From positions 2,232,001 through 2,296,000 of the forward strand of contig NC_092680.1 in NCBI RefSeq assembly GCF_964355755.1: a DNA stretch of 64,000 nucleotides, read 5' to 3'. Positions 1 through 13,745 of the stretch are shown in pieces. The notes beneath the pieces are model-generated. The model saw nothing but the letters and a program-made list of their open reading frames with translations. It did not search any database and was not told where the DNA came from. The translations under genes were made by a program, and so were the position numbers. The stretch is from Antedon mediterranea (Eukaryota > Animalia > Echinodermata). Within the stretch, counting starts at the first letter, position 1. Each line of letters begins with the position of its first letter.

Positions 1-785
1 ATTGAAACAACGACTTGTTGAAAAATAAGACAAATTAAATATAAACTTTAAAAAAAACGTTCATTATAAAGAGTTGGGCCCATATGTTAATTTATTATTC
101 ATCGGAAAAAACATATCGCCGCTACATTCCTAAAAAAACGAAGGACCTTTTACAAGCACATCACCCTGGTTTACTATTAAATACATTCGCAGTGTAGGAC
201 ACATGCCAAGCCCCGAGTAGAATTTACAATCAATAGACGTTCCTCTTGTATATTTTATTTTCTATTATTCAGATTGTGTCCTTTGTTACTGTATAAGTTA
301 GGCCTAAGGCTTGGTTGTAATACACTAATATCATTACATTCTACGGCATAAGTGACACCTTCACCCAGGGGTGTGTAACATAATGACATAATGTGAACGT
401 AGTCACATAATTTTAAACAGCTCTTTTTGTTACAATTTTTATTTCATAAATTCACGATGATTTTTAATTGTATTGAATATTGTTGCAATAAATTACTTTA
501 AATTACTATATGACCATTATTGTTAGTAGGTGCAGTAAGCACGTTTCCTCGTATTTTTACCTGAACAAATATTATCAGAAACATTATTATAATTTTCAAG
601 GCCTTTTTGTGCGTTTGTCAACTTACATCATTCTCGTTTACATCGTCTTAACGTCAGTGGTGACATCGCCATGGCGTTATCGTCGTATCGACACGTCGTG
701 ATGCGCTATCAATGTCAATCGATGGGTGCCATCGTTGTAGGCATCGTTAACGTCGTTTGTCTTGGTCGGTTCGATGTTTTACTAA

Positions 786-995
786 TTGCCGATGGCGATA
801 TTAGCGTTGCCGATAGCGTTGTCGATGACGTTATTGGCGTTGTCGATGAAGTTATTGGCGTTGTCGATGGCGTTATTGGCGTTGCCGATGGCGTTAGTGG
901 TGTTGTCGATGGCGTTGGTGGCGTTGTCGATGGCATTAGATGGAGTTGCCGATGGCGTTATTGGTGTTGTCGATGGCGTTATTGTCGTTGTCGAC
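786..995. repeat. GC-rich 21-bp minisatellite (GGCGTTGTCGATGGCGTTATT, about 9-10 degenerate copies)
   Basis: The periodicity is directly visible and explains the overlapping heptad-repeat ORFs. Confidence 0.85.
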
Positions 996-1390
996 GTCGT
1001 CCTCAACGTTATCGGCGCCGATGCTTATATCAAGGTCATCTGGGCGCCTACCTATTTACAATTAACGTCCTCACATTGTCATGATTTAATGCAGCTCGAT
1101 TTAATGTATACATTTCAGTGTTAATTATATTTGTATATCATATTTTTTATTATATTAATTCTGTTTACATTGCATAAAACGTTTGGGAACTACAAGATGC
1201 CCTCTATCGGTTGAAAGCAGAACTGAACCGTAAATTAGTTCACGAATAATTACAATATCTATTTATAGACCAGATATCATCCCACGCTTTAGATTGCAAT
1301 TTACATTGAATGTATACGTTCAAAAATTAACGAACCAACCAGTATCACGTGTTATTATTTTATTCTTAACTTCAGTATTACTCTCTACTA

Positions 1391-1520
1391 TGACGTCATC
1401 TTATTGGTGTTATGTCGTCACAAAATATTATGTTCTTCTTTCTATCCTTATTATATGGTGACGTCATCTTAATGGTGTTATGTCGTCACACATCATATTC
1501 TTCTTTCTATCCTGTTAATG
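1391..1520. repeat. Tandem duplication of about 68 bp, each copy starting with TGACGTCA
   Basis: TGACGTCATCTTA.TGGTGTTATGTCGTCACA...TTCTTCTTTCTATCCT at 1391 and 1459. Confidence 0.75.
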
Positions 1521-3290
1521 GTCACATGAGTGTGGGGCTATTTTATTCGGACTATTAAAATCATAAATGAACAGGAAAATGCCTATGGAAATACATTGCT
1601 TGTGATTGGTCAAAACTTGCGTTGTGGCTTACGCTAAGTCCTGCGTTTGCAAGGGGTAGTACTGTACGTGTATTTGTCTCTGTACGTTAATTTATATGTG
1701 ACTGACAATACTGAAAAAAAACCAACAGACCGAAAAATAGACCTTATCCAGTCTAGTTCGCGGCACTGCATACATACATACATACAGCCTAACCGCACAA
1801 TGCATTAATACTAAAATGTTATCGTCTCGAAAATATGAATATATATTTTGACAGCAGACGCCGATATTTTGTAGTTTCTTAGGAGACTATTACTGCGTTT
1901 TTAGTTAGATGTGCTGTCAGCTAATACGACACCCATTGTGCAGTGGGAAGAACTCGGTCTATAATTGTAGGTCTCATCTGATGGCCTAAACATAAGCGAA
2001 TATTCAATTTCATTGAAATAAGTTGCGATCGGATCAGAAAAGCTCTGTCTTCGTTTTAATAAACCTTTGCTGACAACCCTAGTATAATTCCAAGCTCCGG
2101 GGGGAAACGACAAGCACTGAATACCAATGATGATGTCATTGTCAATGTTGCGACTAAACCATGACAACGTTCATTGTATAGATAGTGTGAATTTGGGACT
2201 TACGATCCGTGACTGACAAAGTAAAGACAAAAAAAATTGAATATAAATTTTAAAAATAGATTGATCAAAGATAGTGTTGTAAAATGAAAAAGAGTGCGAG
2301 TCGAACCAAGGAAAAAATAATGTTTTAGACCATATGACCATTGAGCGGAATTCGAACTAGAAGTAAAATATAGCAAAGCTGTGTTTTTAGACCATGCTTT
2401 ACTGGTATTAAAAAGGCCATATTGCAGTCTAACCTCAATTCCACTGCAACATCTTGGGCATAACTGTACTCAGATCTTGCTAATGATATCTGCCAGTGCC
2501 AAACAGACCTACATAGAAAATACGGTAAATTAAATACATGTTTTGTTATAGACTAGAAATTCTAGCCCGTAATTAGTAAAGATAAATATTTTGGCACATA
2601 TGGCGTTCCATACGTAATAATATAATAATTACAATGCAGACGAAAATCGAAACGTCGACTGGTGGACTAACATAAAAAATACAATACATACTCTGGGCAA
2701 GTAATATGCCCTACCTTCGTCTCTTCAAAATCATTTGTGTAATAATTTCATCAGAAAAAAAAAAGAAACCTCCTCCACTCTCCCCTTCTTACATTTCTGT
2801 CAGAATCTTCCAATACCGTAGCTCGACAATAAATTTCTGTCTTCTACAAATAGTGCCTAATGCAAATAATGTCATTAGCCTGCTCGGTTTAACTACATCA
2901 TTTCCTATATCAAACACCGGTAAATGATATTTCATTATTCGCATTAAAACCCAACGGTATCATATTATAGGACAGACATCATATTTCTATAACTTCTGTA
3001 TTTATTTTTTGTGTGTATTCCAGATGTTGAAGTTGTTATTATTATTATGAAGGTCGGATGTTTATGAACTAAGGCGATAAACTGGGTTACTGTGGTCCAC
3101 CTTAGTGAACTATAGGAAGTAATTGTTGCACCCATACTATTTATGTATTTCTTGAATGGTATTGCCATTGTAGAGCTCAGTAGTAGGTATATCAGGCGTG
3201 ATAAAAACATACGAATTGTGTTTTCTGCAAGTCACTACCGTAGGCCTACCTATGATGTAAGCAGGCTTGTGGTGGGGAAAAACTTACTAG

Positions 3291-3434
3291 AGCTTGGTTC
3301 TCAATAGGACGCAAGCCGCAACGCAAGCGAATGACCAATCACAAGCGATGGTTTAGTCTAACTGTCGCGTGTGATTGGTTAACTCGCTTTGTTGCGTCTA
3401 CGTCCTTGCGTTACGTCCTAGTAGGAACCGAGGT
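3291..3434. mobile_element. Fold-back MITE family C (related copies at 62438-62584 and about 1597-1650)
   Basis: Imperfect end-to-end palindrome: CTTGGTTC..TAGGACG..GACCAATCACA / TGTGATTGGT..CGTCCTA..GAACCGAG. Confidence 0.75.
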
Positions 3435-3742
3435 TGATGAATGACTTAAGCGCAACGCAAGTATAATTTGACTCGCGCACACACACAAGCAAGTGATGGT
3501 TACTGCCGCTTGGCTTGTTCAATTTTCTGGCGTTGGGCTTAGCGGGAACACTAATAGAGTAACTAATATAAGCTTTATGTGAACAGTCGACTGCTGTATA
3601 GTGGGGCATCTTGTGTTCTCTCAAGCCTTTGTCCACTCCACTCGCTATTTCATTTCAAAAATCTTTCCACCGTCTTCCCCTTGTATTTTTTTCAACTATC
3701 AGCCTTAAGTACATAATTATAGTTATCTCATCTGCGCTCTAA

Positions 3743-3856
3743 TTTTAGTCGCGTGCAACGCGACTCTACAGCTCACTATGTCGGTGGATTAGTCGGTCGG
3801 TCGGTGAACACTAACTTGAGCACGCGACTGCAGTAATGTATATGGCCTTGTTTTTC
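3743..3856 (+). mobile_element. DINE-1/HINE-like (Helentron-derived) short element
   Basis: Sub-terminal inverted repeat AGTCGCGTGC (3747) / GCACGCGACT (3820), a (GTCG)n microsatellite and T-run ends. A second copy lies at 59703-59806. Confidence 0.65.
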
Positions 3857-6800
3857 AAATGGACTGGTTGGAGAACCAGAAGATACTCATTGCATTTCGC
3901 TTTCTCATAAATATTTCCCGCTGCCTTTTTTCAGCCATCGACATTCATTCAAGGCATCGGGTTAAATGAATAAAAGATTACTTTTTAACAGTAGGCCTAG
4001 GTGTGTTATAAAACATATAATAATTGTTTTGTATGATGTGGAAAATATTTGAATTCGTTAAAAACTTGATTGTCGTATTCAACTCGATTTCGCTTCGATA
4101 TTCTCCCTATTCAACACATATACATTATTTTTATAATGCATTAAAGGTCAAAGGTCAAATCAAAAAGTCAAATAAATTTTCATTGTATTCTGTATCCTCT
4201 GCTTAGTAATGTTTAGTAAGTATATGTTTAGTTTTTTAACACTAGAAGTGTAGAGGTGTCTTGCCCCTTAAGCAAAATACATGTTTTATTAAATTGTTGG
4301 TTAGTCATTGTATCTATAATGTTAAAGCTATGAAAAGTTTGGTAGTAACAATACTTAATTTTCAGTAATCAACATTAATGTACAAAATACCCAAGGACAG
4401 TCAATAATAACATAAGAAAACGATAAAGGTCACAATCATAAAAAAAAACCTCTTCAGCGTAATGTCTCAATCCATATTTACTTACAATCAATAAGATATA
4501 CTTTAAAAAGCTTTGACAAGGTTACATTTTTATATTCACGCTAAAATTTCCAAAACATGAAGAAAAAAATGAATGATAAATGTATAACTCAGCTACAGGC
4601 ATGAACTTTATAAGATAAGATAACTTTATTTCGTCCACAAAACAAGTAGAAGTAATAGTGCTTGTCTCATACAAAGTTAAAACATAACGGAAAAAAAATA
4701 AAACAATTCAATCCTAAAGTTATTAACATCAATATCAACTCAAAAAGTCATAATCATCAACAAAATAGAAAAATAAATTATCTACAATATATAATATTTT
4801 GTTAAATGTACAAGAACAAGTAGGGAAAAATAAATAAACAAAATAACTTTAAAGGATACATTTTTCTGAAGAGAATTCCATTTTAAATGTTTGTGCAATA
4901 TCCGAAACAGATTCAGATTATAAATGTGTAGGCCTATAACTCAGTTACAGTCATGAACTTGATAAATAACATTTGGTTCAATGTACAAGAACATTTCTAA
5001 AGCGAATTTCATTTTAAATGTTATTGCAATATCCAAATTGGGCAACAGAAATTGACACTGAAAGTTGGCAACAAAATTGATTCTGTTCATAATCATTGTA
5101 CTAGGGTTCAAGGGCTTAATGGTGATACAATAGTTAATTTCTAGGAATGAGTTTGTTAAGAACAACAGTTTGTGTATACAAACGGAAACACGTTTTTCAA
5201 ATAAGTTTTTATGTCGTCGGTAGGTTCAATGTTATCTTCCTTATTGTAGTCTATTGGCGGTACACAGACGTGTGTCAACACTCTGCGTATTCAGTATTCA
5301 TTTATTCATGGTGAAACACAGTAAAATATGTACATGTCTTGAAATTATTTTTGTTCAAACTTAAAAATTACATAAAAATATCAAAATGAGTTAAAAAAGG
5401 TTAAAATTTTGTAAAATACAAATAAAACACATCCTTTAAAATATTTAAGCAAGATTGATGTGTGAAGAGTAGAAATCTAATGAGGTAGGCCTAAAGAAGT
5501 CATTAATTTTTGACGTACATCTTATACATATTTTTCTGTATTTTACATAGGCCTATCATTGAAACACATCAATTTATAAAACCTTTTAATTTCATAATCT
5601 TTCAACCTATAAATTAATACGAAAGTTCAATAAGCCTTTAACATTAACCGATGGAAAAGTGGAAAGTTATCTTAACTAGGCGGCGCTGTGTTTTGGACTT
5701 TCTTGAGGAGATGGTATACTTATATTGCTACTGCAGCTTGGATTGTTAATATCAATGCATTATAATCAACATGAAACATGGTTTTGAATTAATTAATCAA
5801 GATATATCTCTATGGTATTACTCCAAAGCGGGAGTAAATGGCGCCAGTCAGATTATCAAAATGGCTGTTATGTCCGTAAGCCTATTTATCAAATTGGATT
5901 GTTAATGTGACCGCTATTGTTATCCACATATAAAAACACAATAGAAAATAATAAAAGACTTGCCGGGAACAATATGATATTAATATATATTCTCATGTTA
6001 ATCGAATTTTAACAATGTATGTTTTGAATATTGAATCGTGTCAATGTGGTTCAGGTCAAACCGCCAACAAAGTGTAAAGGCACCGATTGTAATAAGGAAG
6101 GAATTTAACATATCACAAGCAGTCAATTTTTTTGCGTTTCATGCGCTGCACAGAATCAGTCGTAAATACAGTAGGACTACAGTACTATACCTAGCTAAAA
6201 CTAAAACTAATCTCTGTTTTGATGATAAACTCTGAATTATGTTACTTTAAATAAGGTATATTTACACTTTACAGATTCAATATTGCATACACATATATAA
6301 TGTTTAATCAATCAATCGTATTTTTAGTTGTAAAAATAAAATTCTTAAAGTTGTATTTTGTGTCTGTGAGATAATTCACTCACATTTATTTACATTCTTC
6401 ATTACCTAGCAATAACAATTTTAATTATGATAATATATCATTGTAACACACTTCATATCAATGAAAATTATTTATTATTGTATTATTAATTTTTTTTATC
6501 CATTTCCGATATGGAAAGTTCACTAATGCGCATGCGTATTAATATTTTTATCTACTTGGAGGGCCTAATCCGAATTTCCTCAGTTTCCAGTTAAGCTTGA
6601 GGACAAATATAAATAATTTACCTTTACCTTTACTTTTTGTAACGTGGAAATGCGCAAAAGTCGGGAATGTTCAATTCACACAAATATATTCGCTAACGGA
6701 AAAGGGACTTTACACATTGTTACGCCCCCTTGATTTATTACTTTACTTTTTACATTTAAGGAATCCTAATATAATTATTCTGAAACAATACGATTTAAAG

Positions 6801-7083
6801 CTTTATGCGATATTATGATATAAAAAGTGTTAGGCCTACATGTTAATATAAAAACTCCGACAAGACAAACAACCCAAACATTGTGATTCAATATTACGAC
6901 AATGTTAGGATTTAAATATTTACATATTTATGCCATAGAGGAATTTCCTCCGGAATCTTGCGATGAAAAATTATTGACCAATCAAAACTAAGACAAACAA
7001 ATTATGAACCAATAAAAAGTATATTGTTTGAAGGTTTGCATGGCGAAATCAAATGTTGATATAAAGTTTGCGGTACACCACGT

Positions 7084-7312
7084 GTCAAATGGCCGAGCGG
7101 TTAAGGCAGGGGCGCCGTTTACCGTACCTAAAGAGCCAACAACATCGGCAAGGGTTCGAGGCCGACTCGCTCCTAGTTCTGGTGGTGGAACAAGTCTTCT
7201 CGGATAAGGACTATAAACCGTAGGTCCAGTGTACACAGTTATAACCTGTGTGCACTTTAAAGAACCCAGTTCATTATTCGAAAAGAGTAGGGGGTTACCC
7301 CGGTGAACTGAT
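7084..7312 (+). mobile_element. tRNA-derived SINE with a Deu/Nin-like central domain
   Basis: Box A TGGCCGAGCGG (7090-7100) and box B GGTTCGAGGCC (7153-7163), followed by TCGGATAAGGACTATAAACCGTAGGTCC...TTAAAGAACCCA...TTCGAAAAGAGTAGGGG, which resembles the DeuSINE/Nin conserved core. No full cloverleaf can be formed. Confidence 0.8.
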
Positions 7313-7502
7313 TCAGTTTCAGTTTCAGTTTATTTTCCATTTCAATTTATGAACATAAGATAAACATTTTGGTTCACAAAATAGCCCCTGTATCAGGGGG
7401 ATTACCACCTATCTGATAGGACAGTGATTAATTCACTATTGGTAATCCTTGGCCAAATTGCCTAAAGACATAAAATTAAATTTAAAAAATAAAATAAATA
7501 TT

Positions 7503-7568
7503 AGTTCTGAAAAGAACTGTTGAGTTTCTCGACGTTTCGATCAATATGCTTTGATCGTCCTCAAAGTA
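7503..7568 (-). mobile_element. Penelope-like element terminal fragment with a degenerate minimal hammerhead motif
   Basis: The minus strand reads ACT-TTGAGGA-CGATCAA-agcata-TTGATC-GAAACGTC-GAG...CAACAGTTCTTTTCAGAACTA. This gives a hammerhead core (CUGANGA read here as UUGAGGA), a stem II and GAAACGUC, as in PLE-associated minimal hammerheads. Confidence 0.55.
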
Positions 7569-7739
7569 AGTAGCAAAATAAGCAACTAACAAAACAAGAA
7601 CAGAACAAGCTTTGAAAATACAAGTGTCAAATAAGCAATTCGGTTAAATACAAAAAATACCTAATACGAAAATACAAACCAATTTAATTGTTCACCCTAA
7701 CTCGACCAATTTCAAACACCTCTTTTACCCTTATTTATT

Positions 7740-7932
7740 TGTTTGTCTTGTCTTCGTCCATAGTTTGTCTCTTGCGTATGTACCGTCTGTATAACCCCTG
7801 TTTGTCTTGTCTTCGTCCATAGTTTGTCTCTTGCGTATGTACCGTCTGTATAACCCCTGTTTGTCTTGTCTTCGTCCATAGTTTGTCTCTTGCGTATGTA
7901 CCGTGTATAACCCCTGTTTGTCTCTGTCCATG
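7740..7932. repeat. 59-bp minisatellite, about 3.2 copies
   Basis: GTTTGTCTTGTCTTCGTCCATAGTTTGTCTCTTGCGTATGTACCGTCTGTATAACCCCT at 7741, 7800 and 7859. Confidence 0.9.
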
Positions 7933-10900
7933 AACATTGATCTGAATGTTCTAACCTTGTTTTCCTGGTGGAACCTGTCTTAAAGCTTTCTGAGCTTATT
8001 TGATTTCTTCAGATACAACGCATAAACTATTTGCTTCATATTTTGTTATCATATTTTGAATTTTGCTTTTTGTAAATAAATAAATGAATGAATGAATAGA
8101 GACAATTCTTTTAAAGCTTCTTTAAACAACAAAAGCCCAGTAGACATAACTCATTCACGAAGTAATTGGTCAACGAAATTGACTTGATCTTACGATTAAA
8201 ACTATTACGTTAATGTCATAAACGAACATTTTACAAATGTTTATTGCATAGAACATGATTGAACATGACTCAGCAGCCTATCGTTCAATACGAAATAATA
8301 TATGATCTATCATAAAACAAAACAAAGGACAACCTCATCAAGCAAATATAGGTTAGAAGTTAGAAACATCATAATAGACATGTTAATCGACAGTTAAAGT
8401 TTGAAATAATGTTCAAAGTTATACTAATATTGTGGCCTAGTTTAAGAACCCAACATGGTTTCATTTGACTAAGGATGATTTAAAACAACAATAAACGTAA
8501 ACGATATGCAAATAGTTGCATGATGCATACATATGAACGTTTACACATACATTATAGTTAAATTAATATTTGTTGTGTAGCAAATGCTGTTCGCGCAAAA
8601 CAACAATAAGGAGTTGACTTCGTAAATGTATCTACTCGTATCAGCAATGAAAACATGGAACCGGTCTACATCATTGTGAAATAACATTACAGTTTTTTTT
8701 TTAAAGTAGAATGCACATGTGCTGGAGAAACATAAATAAGCCCAAAGAGCTTTAAGGCTAGTTCCACCAAAAAAAAAATAATTCACTAAAATTAATTAAT
8801 TCAATTACGTAACAATAATCACTATGGTTACTGTATTCACGCATTACACAGCGCTGCATAGAAGATGGATCACAATTCAAACAAATCAGAGACGTTTTAA
8901 AGTGTTTATCAAGAGTTGAAACTTTCGTTGGTGAGAAGATGTTCGATACGATTGTATAGCTTATTTAAAACAATAGTATTAACGAATACAATTAATTAAT
9001 TTAAATTACAAAAAAGTAAAAGTAATTATTTCAGTTACAAGCTAAAAATAAACATTAAGAAGACCACCATAATATAGTAAATTGTAAAGAAAATGAAAAC
9101 AGTATTAACAATTAACTTTATTATTATTTCATTGATCATAACTAGGCCTATAACAAAGTCAATCAGTTTGTTTCATTTTCATTTGGAATAATAATAATTA
9201 TTAAATGATGATATTACCGTAGCCTACATTTTTGTTTTCTTCATGTTGATTGATTGGTCAGTCGATTGGTAAATTGTTTGGTCGCCACTACTTAAATATT
9301 GTATGTAAGCCACGCCTGGCTACTTGAATGTGCCAGCCGTAAGAACGTGATTGGAATACGTGTGTTGTTCACGGTTAGTTTGTAACAAAAGTAAAATATC
9401 TTTTTTTACAGGGCTTCATTGCTTAGAAGGAAACTGAGGTTTTTTATTTTCATCTGCTGGAGGAAGAATGGAGGGAGAAAGGATGCTGTTTGAATCCGGA
9501 GGTAAGAAGGTTACCAAACGAAAAAATTGCAATATGTTGTCAAAATACGCGGATTAATATTTTGTATAAATTACCCTCCTTCGTAACGTCCTGAATGAAA
9601 GCTCCTCTAATATATTGTAATCTAAGACGGTTAACAAACGCGAGGTGGTTTGCACCAATAAGCAATCGTACAGTACCAATTCTGACGGTTACATGCGCAT
9701 GCGCACTAAGTGTTTTTTTTTATAATAAATACTTGGAAATGCTTGATCAAACTTGTATTCATGAAAATTTACCCATGAAAACGTACCCATAAAATGCACT
9801 CTGCCCGCGTTCATTATCCGGTGATAAGTTTGTTACCAGAATGCCGATTCAAACAGCGTATGAAATTGGATATATTGCGTCACCCAATTCAATACAGCCA
9901 TATAGTCATTACTAAATGACTTGCGATGGTCAGTTAGACTCTGTCTGGTAATGCATAATATCTTTCCCGAATGCATAGGTAGGGTTACGTTAACCTGTAT
10001 TTATGACTCTACACTTTTTTAAATGTTAAACCACAAAATAAAATAGGTCAATCGTTATTTTCAATATTAGGAAAAACTATATATTAATAAATGAAAACTT
10101 ATAATAAATGAAAACTAATTAAATGACATATGATTCAACTACTTATAAACCTACGATCATGAACTGCTAATAACTTGGGTCAAGGGTCAACATAACATTC
10201 AGCCAGTAAACTGCTATCGTTCATTGATTATATCATAGAGATATTATAGTGAACTATAATATCTCTATGATTATATTTACCTAAGTGATATATTATATGT
10301 AAATTAAAGGCTCATATCAATGACGACACTTATGCTGGCGACGCATTAATCAACTGTAGACTAATTCCACTAATCAGCATAAACGCACCCAGAATAGATT
10401 CAAAGTAGAATGCTATAGTCATTTCCCGAGAAATTAACTAACAAACTATATTCTAAATCATCTAGCTTAATCAACCGGTTTCCCTATGGAGCGCCGCCCA
10501 TGAGCTTTGGTCAAAATAGTTGTTTTGTTGTCTGCTCCAATTTAATACCAGTGGTTAATTTACGTTATTCTGTTTCTCGCTCTCCCGAAGGAGAAACCTT
10601 TTAACTGGGTCTCAAATTCTCCGTGTGTTCTAACAACTTCGATTCAATCTATTTATGTAACCCAGAACTCAGTCCACGATTCTGATTACTTTTTAGAGTG
10701 TGTAAACTATTTATACGTTATTAGTAATTGATAATCAACTTTGGTGTATTGTTGATAAAGTCATGTTATCAGTAACTGACATTATCTTAAAATGAATTTT
10801 TTCAATATGTGTTTCTGAGTGCACTCGATAGATGCAAGCGAATGTCATTGAACATGAATTTGTTCAAACGGTGTTTCTTATTGATCTATCGGTGAATGAA

Positions 10901-11990
10901 TATGTACTCGGACAACTAAAAAAACGCACGCGAGTGTCAATGATAAATTTGTTCAATTGGTGTTTCTGATTATAAGAGGATTTGTTTCGGTTAATCGATA
11001 TGTACTCGAAGGTTCCCGTACTCGAATTAATTCAAAGTTATTTGAAAAAATACGCTTAAATGTATCGCGTGTAATGACACCCGATAAGTACACGCGAGTA
11101 TCTCGCGGTGGCGCTAGACAATCCTGGATCCAGCATCCATTAAAACAAGAATATTGTAAAAAAAAAATATTTTCTTTGTTTGATAAGGTATCATGATTTA
11201 AAAACGATTGTAGCAAATGTTATTTGATAGTCAATATATTACAAAAATACGTGATGCTCTTTCTTGGACACTCGAGCACGAAATTTGTTTTGAATGATGA
11301 TGTCTTTATCTGTTTAGTCACCTCAGATAATACACTTTGTAATAAAACAACAAAAAACAAGATCAATTTTTTCGAATTTGGCCCTTCATAGGCTGTATTA
11401 GAGAATCGTTGCTCATCATGTTGGAAAATGAATTTCCTCCAAAATATCAATTACGTACAATTCAATGGATTGTATATGTCTACTTCCAGATTCTCGGTAT
11501 ATCAAATGCTAAATTAATTTACAAGGTAAAGACATCAAGAACACATTAGTTGTTAAAATGAAATTTCTATAGAAAACAAGAAGCAATTATAACTGAATCA
11601 AAATATACCAAATACACTGGTTTTAGTTCATTGAAGTGTTTAAAAAAAACTCTGTTATGATGGGGGGAAGAGAAATCTCACGCTTCCCCCTGATGCTGAT
11701 CAATCAAAATTATTTTTATAAATTTTATTTGTAAAATAAACTTATGTCGTATTTTATTAAGCACTTAAAGGCGTGTTTTTATATTTTTAATGTAATTTTA
11801 CTATAATACCGTAACTTTTTAATGTTTTGATATTTTAACTCACGCTTTCTGCTTTTTATTGTTATATTGTAGTTTTATATCCTTTTAACTCCATTTTATT
11901 TGTATTGTTCTTGTTTTCTTGTGACACTGATTTTGACCAAATAAATGAATGAATGAAAACTCATTTCGTTTAGATTCTACAGAATTTACA

Positions 11991-12076
11991 CAAGGATATA
12001 TAGGCAAGGATATATAGGCAAGGATATATAGGCAAGGATATATAGGCAAGGATATATAGGCAAGGATATATAGGCA
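11991..12076. repeat. 14-bp minisatellite (CAAGGATATATAGG)x6
   Basis: Perfect tandem copies. Confidence 0.95.
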
Positions 12077-12364
12077 TAACAAAATTCAAAACTTGAAAAA
12101 AAAACACTGAATGAAACAATAAACTGGGTTGTAACAGGATATACATATTTAGAGGGGAAACGGGTTCGAGTACGATATCGAGGTGGCCACGAGAAGAATA
12201 CAAATTCACATTTCAAAGAGAACAAAAATCTAACATCTTTACAAAAACAGAATTTAAGCTTGTATTTTTCTTGAAGCTACAAAAGAGTCATGGTTAGGGT
12301 GAAAGTGGTAATAACTCTTTTCAAATGAATTTCACTAAAATGTATTGACAACAGAAACATTTAA

Positions 12365-12696
12365 AGATGAAGAAATTATTCTTAACAACATTTTTGTTGA
12401 ATATACCATTTTAATGTAATATAATAGTTATCCACTTTGAGCAAAAATTGGATTGAAAAAAAAATGTATTTACCTGCAAAAACTGTAATTTAAAACAAGA
12501 AATAGTAAAAATGGCTGCCACAATAGGTTTTTGATTGAATTTAACCATTTATTTTGTCATTTTTAAAGTGAAAACATTATTTTTTTCGTTTTTTTTTCTG
12601 CGAAAGTGATAGACTTTATTAAAACTATAAAATAACATATTCAAAGTCTGATTTAATTAATCTTCATTTTTCATGTTTTTAGGGGACAATACATCT
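12365..12696. mobile_element. TTAA-target MITE family B (Kolobok-like), reverse orientation
   Basis: TTAA|AGATG...GGGACAATACATCT|TTAA. The body is the reverse complement of the copies at 15370 and 18866. Confidence 0.8.
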
Positions 12697-12736
12697 TTAA
12701 ACGATAGCTGTAACTTGTGTGGAAGGAATGGTTTAA

Positions 12737-12883
12737 AGCTCTGTCCACACTATTAAACTTTGATGTGATGTGCCCAAATATGGTAGTAACATGGCCAAAT
12801 ATGGTAGTGATATGACATCATCATGTCCATATATGGTTACATCATATTTTTGTCACACAAAGTTTGATAGTGTAGACAGGGCT
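12737..12883. mobile_element. PIF/Harbinger (Tourist)-like MITE, family A
   Basis: TIRs AGCTCTGTC(T/C)ACACTAT / ATAGTGTAGACAG(A/G)GCT, TAA on both sides, and an internal AAATATGGTAGT duplication. Six copies occur in the window. Confidence 0.85.
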
Positions 12884-13587
12884 TAAGAAGAAGTGTATCG
12901 TCACACATTAAAAAATAACAGTCAATTGTTTTAAAAGCAAAGCTTCTTACATCATCAATCTATCTGCATTCTTGCGCGTGCGTAAAGAAAACTCAGACAA
13001 TAAAAACAATCGACGTCGATGTAGTGATTATGCTATCGATTGTAACTGGGTCACTCGGTCAATATACGATTTCTTGAGGTGTTATTATAGCTCTTATGAT
13101 GCAACGAATGCTGCAAAATAATTCAATTGATTCAAAGTAAAACAAACTTGAACCATGATAATACGTCTTAAACAGTAGACACGATTAAAAACGTTTTCTT
13201 TCTGTATATGACGCAATAGCGTTTTGGTTTTGCGTTTTAGACGCAATGTAAACGCAATTCAACTTTTTATACATTTAAATTAAATTCTAACCCCAATAAA
13301 CATTAGCTTTTATCTTATAAATTAACGGAAATAAATGATTACTATATTATTCGTCTGTCAATGAAAAATCTTCGGGATTGATGTATAGGCATATACAGAT
13401 TATTTTTAAGATCAAAACATTTGATTTCAATAGCATAATATTATAGTATATCATCTGTTCTTTTGCTATTTTTTTTGGATTATTTAGTTCCGTTTAATGT
13501 TCTTTATTAGTTATACGTTTCTATATAAAGGCCTATATCTATAAATACAATCATTTGAGTCAGTTTAGAACATAGAGTAAGAGTGAC

Positions 13588-13745
13588 AGTTCTGTCTACA
13601 CTATCAAACTAATTTGATTAAAAGTGTGATGTGTCTAAATATTGTAGTGATATGCTCAAATATGGTACTGATATGACATCATCATGCCCTTATATAGTCA
13701 CACCACAGTTTTTGTCACATCAAGTTTGATAATGTAGACAGAGCT
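13588..13745. mobile_element. MITE family A copy
   Basis: TCTGTCTACACTATCAAACT...AGTTTGATAATGTAGACAGAGCT. Confidence 0.8.

Noticed and set aside
671-1124. Antifreeze- or mucin-like protein gene
   Set aside because: Four overlapping repeat ORFs arise from a stop-poor 21-bp repeat, with no signal peptide or splice support.
7084-7170. tRNA gene
   Set aside because: A and B boxes are present, but there is no complete cloverleaf or terminator and the sequence runs into a SINE core.
10860-11216. CpG-richer patch with overlapping 79-87 aa ORFs
   Set aside because: No recognisable domain or element termini. It may be a TE remnant or an enhancer, but neither can be supported from the sequence.
11885-12225. 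ORFs with (ISLPIYPCLYILAY)n repeats, and similar ORFs at 7731-7937 and 58723-58943
   Set aside because: They are translations of minisatellites.
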